The notes under the pieces: model-generated
The model's database searches: none
What the model was told of the DNA's origin: nothing
Seen by the model: the letters and a program-made list of their open reading frames with translations, nothing else
Program-made: the position numbers and the translations under genes
Part shown: positions 35,030 through 43,513 of the stretch, in pieces
Position numbering within the stretch: the stretch's first letter is position 1
How the letters are laid out: each line of letters starts with the position of its first letter
DNA from: a virus
Lineage: Duplodnaviria; Caudoviricetes
Length of the DNA: 46,363 bases
IMG/VR virus record: IMGVR_UViG_3300037851_001498
Span: 1-46,363 of that record
Reading direction: 5' to 3' (one strand)

Positions 35030-35521
35030 TCAGTTCATCGTAGAAATGGGTACGTTGATAACAATGTCGTTGTGCATGACTTTCTGGCTGTCACCGTCTT
35101 TGCCAATGGAAATTTTGACTTCACCGATGCACGTCGCTTCGGTGGGACGAGGCTTGGTCTTGATCAGGTCTTCGAGTCCGGCCTCGATGGTGGCGGCGAT
35201 GTCGGCCATACGCCGGGTTGTCGGCTCACCGAGCCCGAGGACTTCGCAAAGCTCCCTGGTCTTTAAGAACATGAACCTTTCGAACGAAAGATAACGGCGC
35301 TCCATCACCGGCATTCCATGACGATCGAACCCGAGCAGGCATGGAACCGGGGCAGGGTAGTGGTCCTCGGAAAACTGCCAGGCATCATTGAGCGGTACTC
35401 GGAAAGCGTCGCGGGCGTCGCGATCGCTGGCATAGGCGAGCTGCTGGAGCTGTTTTTTATGGATCACCAGGACCGGATCGCCTTCCTCGTCGTAGTCGAT
35501 GAATCTTGCAAGTTCGCTCAT
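35030..35521 (-). CDS. Hypothetical protein between terL and portal
   Basis: 163 aa; IA..IE.GLEDL...P motif; tight packing. Confidence 0.7.
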   Translation of the reverse strand: MSELARFIDYDEEGDPVLVIHKKQLQQLAYASDRDARDAFRVPLNDAWQFSEDHYPAPVPCLLGFDRHGMPVMERRYLSFERFMFLKTRELCEVLGLGEPTTRRMADIAATIEAGLEDLIKTKPRPTEATCIGEVKISIGKDGDSQKVMHNDIVINVPISTMN

Positions 35522-35523
35522 GC

Positions 35524-37047
35524 TTACACCACCTTCGCAGACCGCCGGCGTCGCTTTCCCTGGCTCGGCTTCTTCGGGGTTTGAGTATGGCCGACCGCCA
35601 AGTACCGAACGGCATCAGCCGTATGAATTGCGTCGTTTTTGAGCGGAGTGGATTTGAACCCGCCGTGCTTATCGTCCGGCTCTCGCTGGTAGTTATCCAG
35701 GGCATCAATGATCGGATTACCCAGCTCATTGTCGATCCAGCATGTTCCCAGGAAGTTGGATGTGGCGCTGATTCCATCGGCCAGGTCGAGCTTCGGGACA
35801 ACGACGATACGATGCCCGGGCAGCAACTCTTGCAAAGTTGAAAGCCGGGTTTTGCCGGTTGACAGAGACTCGACCTCGATGTCATGCGGCAGGTAGTGAA
35901 CGCCGTAGACATAACCCATGTCCTGAAGCGCCTTGGCGGCCAGGGGCAAATTGTTGTGAGGTAGGCAAAGGTGATTGATCAGCCGGTTTTCCATGCCGTG
36001 GCCCTGGTGGAAAACGATGCGCAGGCGCTCATCAAGACCCAGGTCCCAGGCCGTATTGACCGGCAGGCGGGGTTCATAGGGGATGCGCAGGATTCGGCCG
36101 TCCTTACGCATCTTGGTCATCTCAAGCGCATAATAGGCACCCTTGATGGTGGCCTGGAAGGCCTCCTCGGGCGTGGCCGGATATTCCTGGAGCATCTTAT
36201 CCTTCATCTTCTTTTCCTTGGCCACATACCAGGCGCGCTGTTCCAGTGTCAGCGCCGATGGCTTGCCGTCTGGCGTCGTCACCAGGCCCTTTGACTCCAG
36301 CCCATCGAAATAGGCTGTCTTCTCTGGGGAAATGTAGGTCAACCGCGCATCCCGTCGGCTGAGCCTGTTTTTCGAGTCCCAGAACCATGGGAAAAAATGC
36401 AGCTTGAAATCCAAGCGGGTAAGCTCCCGCTTTTCCTGCTGCTGCTTGAGTGCGTCGTTGCAGAAGTAGTAAAAATCGCCATAGCGGCCTTCGGCGGTGG
36501 ATTCGATGCAGACGATATTCCCGGGATGGATGGCGTTGAGTGAGCCGGTCCGGATCTCCTCGGCCTTGTCCGGGTACTTGCGGCAGATCTTGCCGTGTTC
36601 GCTGATGTGCAGGCGCTGCACGGTGCCAGATCGAACAGAGGTCGAGACATAGATGCCGCTCCCGTTGGAAAACTCCAGGCCGTCGGCAGCCTCCTTGGTG
36701 AGCGCTACCTTGCCCCGTAATCCATCCGGCAAATTGTGGTAGGGGAAATGCACCTTGCGGCGAAAGATCTTTTTGGCGTCGTCCTGCTTGTGGGCGATGA
36801 TGGCCGCCTCGATGTTGGAGATGAACAGGCAGTCGTCCAGGTAGTACAAATCCACGAAGGTGGTCCCACCGAACTGACGCGCCTTGAGGATGAGGTTGCA
36901 GTACCACAAATCCCAATAGAGTTTTGACTGTAGCGGATTGCATTCGAATTTGACCTTTTTGCCGTGCTCGTCCAGGATGAAGTAAAGGTTGTTTAATCTC
37001 CACCACTTATCCTTGAACTTCTCTATGACCTCTATTCGGGAGTTCAT
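35524..37047 (-). CDS. terL: Terminase large subunit
   Basis: LKARQFGGTT Walker A, LHISE Walker B, ESTAEG, AWDLG and H.ADA.RY nuclease motifs. Confidence 0.95.
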   Translation of the reverse strand: MNSRIEVIEKFKDKWWRLNNLYFILDEHGKKVKFECNPLQSKLYWDLWYCNLILKARQFGGTTFVDLYYLDDCLFISNIEAAIIAHKQDDAKKIFRRKVHFPYHNLPDGLRGKVALTKEAADGLEFSNGSGIYVSTSVRSGTVQRLHISEHGKICRKYPDKAEEIRTGSLNAIHPGNIVCIESTAEGRYGDFYYFCNDALKQQQEKRELTRLDFKLHFFPWFWDSKNRLSRRDARLTYISPEKTAYFDGLESKGLVTTPDGKPSALTLEQRAWYVAKEKKMKDKMLQEYPATPEEAFQATIKGAYYALEMTKMRKDGRILRIPYEPRLPVNTAWDLGLDERLRIVFHQGHGMENRLINHLCLPHNNLPLAAKALQDMGYVYGVHYLPHDIEVESLSTGKTRLSTLQELLPGHRIVVVPKLDLADGISATSNFLGTCWIDNELGNPIIDALDNYQREPDDKHGGFKSTPLKNDAIHTADAVRYLAVGHTQTPKKPSQGKRRRRSAKVV

Positions 37048-37633
37048 CGCTGTTTGGCTTTGTTACCGCTTCCACGATCTCGCTCCATGGATCGACAGTG
37101 TGTTTGTGCTCGTGCTTCTCAGGGGCAAACATACCCTTGATCTTCATTGCCATTTCCAGCGATTTGCGCTGAGTCTCAAGGGCCTGAACTGGAAGGGCGA
37201 CGATGGTATCGCCGTCATCGATTTCTTGCTTTTCTTCGCCCTTGCCTCGGTAGGCCAGGATGCTGGATTCGGTCACGATAAAGGCGCCTGGGGGCAGACA
37301 GTCCGGATCGACATTGCCTTTGACCTTGTGGAAGAGCACCTGCTTGGCATCGATCAGGCTGATGAGTTTGGCCTTGAGGTTGATGTCGTCGAGACCTTCT
37401 TCATCGATCCAGGTTTGGATCGAGGGCTGAAGTTTTCTAAAGTTCTGATTTCCGATGGACGCAAATGATTCTTCGTTCTCGCAGTTATATTTCGCATACC
37501 GCGCGGACTCTGTTTTGTTTAGGAATGTCGAAGGGTTGTCTCTATTCAAAAAAGCTTTGAGCCAAAGCCTTTGCTTCAGGGTCCGCACCGGCTTTTTCCT
37601 GGGCTTTTTTACCTTGGTTTTTTTTGCAGCCAT
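37007..37633 (-). CDS. terS: Terminase small subunit
   Basis: KQRLW...N.TESARYA.Y....A.IG..N HTH; directly upstream of and overlapping terL. Confidence 0.85.
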   Translation of the reverse strand: MAAKKTKVKKPRKKPVRTLKQRLWLKAFLNRDNPSTFLNKTESARYAKYNCENEESFASIGNQNFRKLQPSIQTWIDEEGLDDINLKAKLISLIDAKQVLFHKVKGNVDPDCLPPGAFIVTESSILAYRGKGEEKQEIDDGDTIVALPVQALETQRKSLEMAMKIKGMFAPEKHEHKHTVDPWSEIVEAVTKPNSDELPNRGHREVQG

Positions 37634-37677
37634 GATCCATGGCTATTTTGATGGCGGGAATGTGGCAAGATGGTCGC

Positions 37678-37700
37678 GGCCAGATACCGGGTATCTGGCC
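37678..37700. promoter_or_regulatory. Perfect 23-bp palindrome upstream of late operon
   Basis: GGCCAGATACC-G-GGTATCTGGCC centred 56 bp upstream of terS ATG. Confidence 0.55.
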
Positions 37701-37743
37701 AAAGTGCGGTCTGGAGGGCGATTTTACGTTGGCCTGATGGCCC

Positions 37744-37785
37744 AAAAACAAAAGCCCCGCCGGCAACTTCGGACCGGCGGGGTTT
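37744..37785 (-). terminator. Rho-independent terminator separating early and late genes
   Basis: Minus strand CCCCGCCGG-loop-CCGGCGGGG followed by CTTTTGTTTTT. Confidence 0.8.
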
Positions 37786-37867
37786 AACGTATCCACTGTC
37801 GTAATGCTCTTTTTCGCTCAGACGCGCATGGTTGTATCTCCTTTCTATTGGTCCGTTTTCCATTTCG

Positions 37868-38452
37868 TTACGCAACCCGCTCCAAAACAGCCTGCTTGAT
37901 AAGCATAATCGCCTGTGCCTCGATGGTCCGCATCTCCTCGGCTGCCTTCTTCGCAAGTGCCGCAAGCACGGCCTGGTGGTTATCGAACCTGATTTGCAGA
38001 GTGTACTGGCCCTTGTCCTTGAGCCCGACACGGTCGCGGTTCTGGAGCTTGTAGCATTCCTTGCACAGATGCATGTACCCATCCGGGCTCATCTTTGATC
38101 GCATGAAGGCCGAGACTGGTTGAGCCTCGCCATTGTGAGCGCATCGCTGTCCCCTGCACACTTTTGTGGCCTCTTGTATTTCCATAATCACTTCTTGACG
38201 CTCCTTCGGTTTCGGTTTGTTTTTCGACCCTGGCCGGCGGCCGCGGGGCTTGGGGAATAATTTTTTCATCCCGTCTTCATGAAGCAGGTTGCGTAACGCC
38301 GGTGGTATATCTTCAGTTTTGGGAGATGGCGCTGGCATAGATCCCTCCAGTATTCGTGCATAATTGATGCGGTCCTGGCAGGTGAGGCACCGATCTTCGT
38401 TTTTGTCGCCGCCTGATCGGTGCCAAGGGCATATGAGGCATGGGCTTCTCAT
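37868..38452 (-). CDS. Multi-module DNA-binding protein (Cys clusters, AT-hook-like motif, Arc/RHH-like C-terminus)
   Basis: PCLICP..CLTC; KPRGRRPGSKNKPK; KVC..C..F.....DG...CKEC; LQIRF......L...AAEEMRT.EAQ. Confidence 0.65.
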   Translation of the reverse strand: MRSPCLICPWHRSGGDKNEDRCLTCQDRINYARILEGSMPAPSPKTEDIPPALRNLLHEDGMKKLFPKPRGRRPGSKNKPKPKERQEVIMEIQEATKVCRGQRCAHNGEAQPVSAFMRSKMSPDGYMHLCKECYKLQNRDRVGLKDKGQYTLQIRFDNHQAVLAALAKKAAEEMRTIEAQAIMLIKQAVLERVA

Positions 38453-38715
38453 CAGTTTTTCCTCGAAAGCTCACTATGCAGCCGTGATAGGCGGTCACAT
38501 ACTGGCCCAGGACCCATGGTCTTTGCGACATCACGCAGAAGTGCAAAAATTTCATCCAGCAGGATGTATGTCTTTTGGTCGTTGAGCATCTCCCACGTCC
38601 GGTCCACGTATTGGCACATTGGATTATTGCACTCGCGAACGCGCCGGACTAAACCACCGGACAGCTTCGCGGTCTTAGTCACAACTAGTCGGGAACCGCA
38701 CATGGGGCATTGCAT
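38452..38715 (-). CDS. Ogr/Delta-like zinc-finger transcriptional activator
   Basis: MQCPMCG....V..T.......RR.REC.N..C....TWE. Confidence 0.7.
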   Translation of the reverse strand: MQCPMCGSRLVVTKTAKLSGGLVRRVRECNNPMCQYVDRTWEMLNDQKTYILLDEIFALLRDVAKTMGPGPVCDRLSRLHSELSRKN

Positions 38716-38724
38716 CGTTTCTCC

Positions 38725-39168
38725 TCAAAGTCCGAGTTCCGACCGTGCATACTCGAGCAGCAGGCACGCATCAGCCTCATTGTCGTCGGAGGGTAAGTAT
38801 CCCATCTCACGGGCCCGGGCGATCATCTCGGGCTTTCCGGAGCTGCCTTTGCCTGTCGCCCATTTTTTCAAACTTCCGGTGTGCACCGGCATTGATTGGG
38901 CGTTGTTCTCTGCCGCCGCGGCGAGGGCCTCGGTCATCAGGCCCACGCAAAGTTGCGTTGCGGCACCACCGCGGTGGTGGGCCTGCTCGAAAACGATTAC
39001 ATCGACCCCCCCGGTCAGCTTAATCAACTCCTTGAGCCAGGCGCGAAAACGCAGAAAGCGCATGCCTGGACTCTCTCCACGCTTAAGGTCGGCGGTGAAT
39101 GTTCCGGATTGTCCAACACTGGTTGCCCATCCGGTGACCGTTGCCATATCGAGGGCGATGAGCCTCAT
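38725..39168 (-). CDS. RuvC-like Holliday junction resolvase (147 aa)
   Basis: SD AGGAGG, ATG 39168; IALD.ATVTGWA, VFEQ, LKKWATGKG...K..MI, DDNEADA. Confidence 0.85.
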   Translation of the reverse strand: MRLIALDMATVTGWATSVGQSGTFTADLKRGESPGMRFLRFRAWLKELIKLTGGVDVIVFEQAHHRGGAATQLCVGLMTEALAAAAENNAQSMPVHTGSLKKWATGKGSSGKPEMIARAREMGYLPSDDNEADACLLLEYARSELGL

Positions 39169-39632
39169 AGTGACCCTCCTTCCAAAATACGTTTTGCCTG
39201 GGAGCGGACTGCTTTGGCGTGGTTTGTGTCGATGACATGAGCCTTCATATCCATCTTGCGCGCGAGACGTTCGCGGAGATTCTTGATACCTTGGAAATTG
39301 ACAGCTATCTGCGATTCCGGAATTTCCGTGGGGGCCGGCAGAGCAAGTGATGTTTTGGTCAATCTTTTGTAGTGTCGTGAGGTAGAAACCTCGTCGCACA
39401 GCTTGAGGATGTCGCTCAACTTCGGCCACCATTCACTTCTTCGCGGGTGTTCTCGCAGGGCTTCATGGATCGTGTCGAAGTCGTACTTGTCCAACTCGTC
39501 GGCAAGGATCTCCGCGAGGTTCTCGGTCGATCTCGTGGGCTCATTGAACCTTCCCAATGCGTTTATGCGGGTCAACTCCGCAATGATCATGTTGACCCTC
39601 AGTCGTCTGTCTTTGCCTGATTTCTCGCTCAC
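39165..39632 (-). CDS. Replication protein, helicase loader/inhibitor-like (lambda P position)
   Basis: L..Y....I..AL..H...SEWWPK.SDI motif; follows initiator gene. Confidence 0.6.
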   Translation of the reverse strand: MSEKSGKDRRLRVNMIIAELTRINALGRFNEPTRSTENLAEILADELDKYDFDTIHEALREHPRRSEWWPKLSDILKLCDEVSTSRHYKRLTKTSLALPAPTEIPESQIAVNFQGIKNLRERLARKMDMKAHVIDTNHAKAVRSQAKRILEGGSL

Positions 39633-40473
39633 GGTCCTGCAATCTCCTTAAGAACTCCAATTGGTCGGCTCTTTCTTCCCTTGCCTGTTCGGATGCCGTG
39701 GGTGCCCTGGAGGGCTGCTTGTCCAGGTAGACCCTATTGATCCTATTGGAAATGGCGTTCTGCCATGTTGATTTCCAGTTGATGGACTGCGTTTTCTTTC
39801 TCTTGAGCTTTTTCCAGGCCTCCTCGGTTCCCCAATAGTTGGAGAATGCCTTGCGCATTGTCAGGTGGATATCGACGCCGGGGTTTACTTGCTGCTGCTC
39901 CGTGATCCAGTTCGGATCATCGAGGAGTTTCGAGGCCGACGCCTCGCATTCGGCGAGGTACGACTCGAACGAATTTTTCCATGAGGGGGGTAGGGGGGAG
40001 CTAGTATGATCTATATTCCTATTACTCTCTATATTCTTTTTTTCGGACACATCACTGGCCCGCCACTGGCACGTCACTGGCACGTCACTGGACACATCAC
40101 TGGCCCGCCGAGGGTCATATCTCTCATAATTTAAGACAGTTATTAGGCTCATTTGCTGGACACAAATTATCGATATTTGTTCCATGTCACTCAGTAATTT
40201 AAAAAATCTCTGACACGCCGTTTTGTGCCATCCCCAGCGCTCACCACAATATCTTGTGGTCATGAGGCACTGACCATAACCCACCTCGACAAGCCGTCCG
40301 CGGACCAAAACCTTCCTTGGTTCGTCTTCGAAGTGAGTAGATCTGAGGATGTCTATCCAGGCTTCTGCGCGGCTGAACTTGCGCTTTTCTTGCCAGAATG
40401 GATGACGAAAAAATCTGCGCCATATGGCGAGGTATCCTTCATCGTCCGGGAGTTGTCTCATATCCATGATCAC
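39541..40473 (-). CDS. Replication initiator protein (lambda O position)
   Basis: GY..IWR....HP.W.....SRAEAWID.L; RWGW....RF...L; ITV.NYERY; internal iterons. Confidence 0.8.
   Translation of the reverse strand: MIMDMRQLPDDEGYLAIWRRFFRHPFWQEKRKFSRAEAWIDILRSTHFEDEPRKVLVRGRLVEVGYGQCLMTTRYCGERWGWHKTACQRFFKLLSDMEQISIICVQQMSLITVLNYERYDPRRASDVSSDVPVTCQWRASDVSEKKNIESNRNIDHTSSPLPPSWKNSFESYLAECEASASKLLDDPNWITEQQQVNPGVDIHLTMRKAFSNYWGTEEAWKKLKRKKTQSINWKSTWQNAISNRINRVYLDKQPSRAPTASEQAREERADQLEFLRRLQDREREIRQRQTTEGQHDHCGVDPHKRIGKVQ
40021..40109. repeat. Probable replication origin: five phased CACTGG iterons plus adjacent AT-rich tract
   Basis: CACTGG at 40053, 40064, 40075, 40086, 40098 (spacing 11,11,11,12); GGACACATCACTGGCCCGCC twice; pyrimidine/AT-rich 40021-40044. 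Confidence 0.75.
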
Positions 40474-40548
40474 ACCCCGGTATTACCTCGATGAAAATAT
40501 GCTCAATAAAACAAGCTTCCTTGGTGTCATCCGAAAACTACCCTTAAA

Positions 40549-40920
40549 TCATTGAATCCTGTCGATGAACTTGAGATCATCAACCATGGTCGGACACTTT
40601 GCTATAACTGGGAGAGCGAGAAGTACACATGCCCGCAGGATCGCAGATCGAGATTCTTCGAGCTTACCGCATGATTGCTCGAACCATCCGCGCATCTTGG
40701 GATCAGGTATCTTGAAATTTATTGAGGGGTCTTTTTCTTCTTCTGAAATGGTGGCATTGAGGCATTTAACAAGGCCAGGTGTGTGCAGGATCGAATCCAT
40801 TGAGTGCAGCACACAAGCTCTCATGACTTGGGATTTGTTCTTGTCCATCTCGGTCACGATCCTGCACACCCAGGAATGCAACTCTGGGGGCATCTTGAAC
40901 GGGATCGGAGAATCGCACAT
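40549..40920 (-). CDS. Tandem ribbon-helix-helix regulator
   Basis: PIPFKMPPE..NKSQVMRACV and SINFKIPDP..SRSAILRACV internal duplication; SD AAAGGA. Confidence 0.7.
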   Translation of the reverse strand: MCDSPIPFKMPPELHSWVCRIVTEMDKNKSQVMRACVLHSMDSILHTPGLVKCLNATISEEEKDPSINFKIPDPKMRGWFEQSCGKLEESRSAILRACVLLALPVIAKCPTMVDDLKFIDRIQ

Positions 40921-40974
40921 CGGCAGATTCCTTTAGAGGGAGGGGTTGATATCGTGTCTTAAAACGGTGTATGG

Positions 40975-41217
40975 TTACACAGTTTTTGCGTGCATAATAC
41001 GCTTGGTCTCTTTTAGATAATTATGTAATTTTTCCAGTATTAAAAGAGAGCTTGGGCGCACCCTATAACCAGTAAGCGCCATGCTGATCTGGCTTCTGCT
41101 AACGCCGAGTTCCTTCGATAATTCAGGAAGCTTGCCATAGGCCATGTCCATTTCGGCCATCAGTACGCGGCATTTTTTCCTGATGACATGAAGGCGGTTT
41201 TTATCATCTGTCTGCAT
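40975..41217 (-). CDS. Cro-like HTH protein
   Basis: LSKELGVSRSQISMALTG HTH; divergent from repressor. Confidence 0.8.
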   Translation of the reverse strand: MQTDDKNRLHVIRKKCRVLMAEMDMAYGKLPELSKELGVSRSQISMALTGYRVRPSSLLILEKLHNYLKETKRIMHAKTV

Positions 41218-41253
41218 GGTGAAAGAATAAACAAGAAAACTTGTCTATGTCAA
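41218..41253 (-). promoter_or_regulatory. Leftward lytic promoter with operator ACAAGAAAACTTGT (41231-41244)
   Basis: Minus strand TTGACA-tag-ACAAGTTTTCTTGT-t-TATTCT-ttcacc-ATG. Confidence 0.8.
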
Positions 41254-41654
41254 CAGGAAATGAATATAAAACTTGTGGATCATTGGGGGAAAGACTCAGG
41301 CAGTTGTTTGAGGAAAAAGGCACAAGCTATTGGGCGCGAGAAATCGGGGTAAGTGCCCAAACCATAAACGATAATTGGTATATGGGAGCGTGTCCCAGGG
41401 CTGATAAGCTTATTAAGATATGCACGGCCGCAAATGTATCTGCAAACTGGCTGCTGCTTGGAATGGGCGGGAAGGATCTCAATAATCCAAATATGGTGGA
41501 GGGGCTTGATTTGGCTGATGGGGACACGGTCGCATGGTATAGGAGTAAAATCGATAAATTAGAAGAAAAGATCGAACGACTCGAATCGGTTATCGAGTAC
41601 TTAAGAGGGGAAAACGCTTCACGCCCTCTAAAAAAATCGGAAGGGGGGATGTGA
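41247..41654 (+). CDS. CI-like HTH repressor lacking S24 peptidase domain
   Basis: LGERLRQL..WAREIGVSAQTI..P.ADKL.KI....NVSANWLLLG.G; C-terminal coiled coil; start codon approximate. Confidence 0.8.
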   Translation: MSTGNEYKTCGSLGERLRQLFEEKGTSYWAREIGVSAQTINDNWYMGACPRADKLIKICTAANVSANWLLLGMGGKDLNNPNMVEGLDLADGDTVAWYRSKIDKLEEKIERLESVIEYLRGENASRPLKKSEGGM

Positions 41655-42067
41655 GGCTAACTAGCCAAAAACAATTAGAAAACGTTGTAAATCTTTTAAA
41701 ATTTAAGAATAAGAACAAGGAATCGCTTTACGATATCTTGATTCCAGAGGATGGTTACCCAGTTGAGGCCTACCTGGTAATTGATAAAGATGGCGCCATT
41801 CTCAGCTATGAGCTACCCCCTTTATTGGCCAACAGAAATCTTTTAGGAGCTCCCCAAAAAGCATACACGATTTACGATTTTATAAGTGCCGAAGAGGCTA
41901 TATGTCTGCTGGCACTTATAAATCACACCATATCGCATGGCCGGCAAACGATGCATGTGCACAGGGCTCGAATCCGTGGGCAATGGAATCTTAGAGCTGC
42001 TGTGATTTCGGCGATACCAGGATCAAGCCATGCGGCATCCGTGGTTTCGAGGCCATATCCACCATGA
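41651..42067 (+). CDS. Stand-alone PAS-fold-like protein
   Basis: YLVIDKDG.IL.Y...LLG....TIYDFIS.EEA..L...I...I..G pattern typical of PAS domains; GTGA overlap with repressor. Confidence 0.6.
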   Translation: MRLTSQKQLENVVNLLKFKNKNKESLYDILIPEDGYPVEAYLVIDKDGAILSYELPPLLANRNLLGAPQKAYTIYDFISAEEAICLLALINHTISHGRQTMHVHRARIRGQWNLRAAVISAIPGSSHAASVVSRPYPP

Positions 42068-42252
42068 TGGCATACGACAACGATCTATTGGCCGTTCTCT
42101 TTCTCTGTTTGGCGATATCCGCTTTTTGGGGGATGTCATCAATATTCCAGATGATTGTCGGAAAAGATCGCGGTCTACAACTCACAAACGCCTTCCTGTA
42201 CCTCATCCCTTCACTCGCGTTTTTTCTGTTTTTAATCCGCCTTTTTAATTAG
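42064..42252 (+). CDS. Small two-TM membrane protein
   Basis: 62 aa, two hydrophobic helices; ATGA overlap; AT-rich. Confidence 0.55.
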   Translation: MMAYDNDLLAVLFLCLAISAFWGMSSIFQMIVGKDRGLQLTNAFLYLIPSLAFFLFLIRLFN

Positions 42253-42351
42253 ATCATCAATTTTATCAGGACCTTTTCTGCCAACCAGACACCCCATCCA
42301 TTTTATTACGCCAACCAATATACCAAACTTGTCAAAAATACTTAAAACTTG

Positions 42352-42387
42352 TTGACACAAACAAGTTATCTTGTGTAGGCTTTCACT
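42352..42387 (+). promoter_or_regulatory. Rightward early promoter with operator ACAAGTTATCTTGT (42361-42374)
   Basis: TTGACA-caa-ACAAGTTATCTTGT-g-TAGGCT-ttcact-ATG; extra AAACTTGT half-sites at 42325 and 42345. Confidence 0.8.
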
Positions 42388-42549
42388 ATGAATCGCTTCC
42401 CCCTGTGGCGCACGTCCCCCGGGGAGGCACCCGGCGAGCTGGCCGGCCGGTCAAACAAAGGTGCGCGATCGCCCACGGGCAAAGGCGCCAGGCCAATGGT
42501 GAAAACCGAACCACAGACCATAAACCATCAGCCCAGAAGGATGTCGCCT

Positions 42550-43512
42550 ATGTCAAACGAAGCCGCATTGCGCGAAATCGGCGCAAAGGAAAAGACGCAC
42601 AGGATTATCTATCTGTGCGAGCCGACGAAGCTACCCGAGCTTCACCGGCTGATCGTCGAAGAAGTTGTGCTCAGCAAAGATCCTGCCGTTGGAGACATTT
42701 ACAACCATACCCTCTCTAAAAAATGGTGTCTGCATCACCAGGGAAAGTTAAAGCTGGCTCTGGCCGCTGCAATCGAATGGGACACCGTCGAAACGCGCCC
42801 CGTGCTGCTCCAGAGAGATTACATCCACTATCAAGCCGTTGGATCGATCCGGCGAGAGTTTGGCCGTGTGATCAAGTTCCGCGGCGATTATGAGTTCGAC
42901 CTTATCAGCCTTAGAGAAGATCTGATAGCGCAGTATTCTGAAAAGGCCGACAAGGACAATAAAAGTGGCGCTGAAAAAGAACGGTACGTGAAATACTGCG
43001 TCCAGCGTGACTTCGCTCAGAAGCGCCAGCACCGTCTGAAACTGGCCGCCACTGGCGCCAAGTCTGTCGTGATCGATAAGCTTCTGAATCTGAAGGCCGG
43101 ATACAAGAACCCCGAAGAGGCCGCCGGCCCGTACCTTATCGTCCGTTGCCAGGTCGCCCCGGACCTATCCAATCCGGTAATACGCAACCAGCTTTCCATT
43201 ATGGCCCTGCAGGCCGCGGCCGGGATCTTCGGCGCGCCGCCGGCGCCACAGATCGGGATCGACCCGGACGCGATTGATGTTGGTGGCGATGAACCGCCCA
43301 TTGACATTCCACCGCCTGGCGAACCGCCACCAGACGCACCGCCTCAAAATATGAGCTTCGAGGAGATGGACGAACAGACACAACGCGATGTGCTTCACGA
43401 TCTGGCGAAGCGCAAGCGTTATGACACTTCGACCCTTAGATATCCGGTTGATTCGCTCAACGCGGCCAACCGGATCGCCTTCTACAACAAACTGATGTCG
43501 ATGGAGGGATGA
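42550..43512 (+). CDS. Recombination-module protein of unknown family (possible annealing protein, 320 aa)
   Basis: SD AAGGA then ATG 42550 (ORF open from 42388); KLKLALAAAIEW, A.TGA...VI..LL.LK..Y; Pro-rich linker; first gene of SbcCD operon. Confidence 0.6.
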   Translation: MSNEAALREIGAKEKTHRIIYLCEPTKLPELHRLIVEEVVLSKDPAVGDIYNHTLSKKWCLHHQGKLKLALAAAIEWDTVETRPVLLQRDYIHYQAVGSIRREFGRVIKFRGDYEFDLISLREDLIAQYSEKADKDNKSGAEKERYVKYCVQRDFAQKRQHRLKLAATGAKSVVIDKLLNLKAGYKNPEEAAGPYLIVRCQVAPDLSNPVIRNQLSIMALQAAAGIFGAPPAPQIGIDPDAIDVGGDEPPIDIPPPGEPPPDAPPQNMSFEEMDEQTQRDVLHDLAKRKRYDTSTLRYPVDSLNAANRIAFYNKLMSMEG

Positions 43513-43513
43513 C

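Noticed and set aside
37634-37680. Sigma54 or sigma70 late promoter
   Set aside because: GG-GC spacing is 13 rather than 10, and the TTGCCA-17-TAGCCA match is too weak to call
39169-39432. N-terminal extension of resolvase ORF to 39432
   Set aside because: Overlaps the loader gene; strong SD and the RuvC motif begin at 39168
42445-42535. Possible c-di-GMP-I riboswitch (GGGCAAAG text)
   Set aside because: Lacks the GGCAAAC-GNRA hairpin-GACGCAAAG architecture; needs an Infernal scan to reconsider
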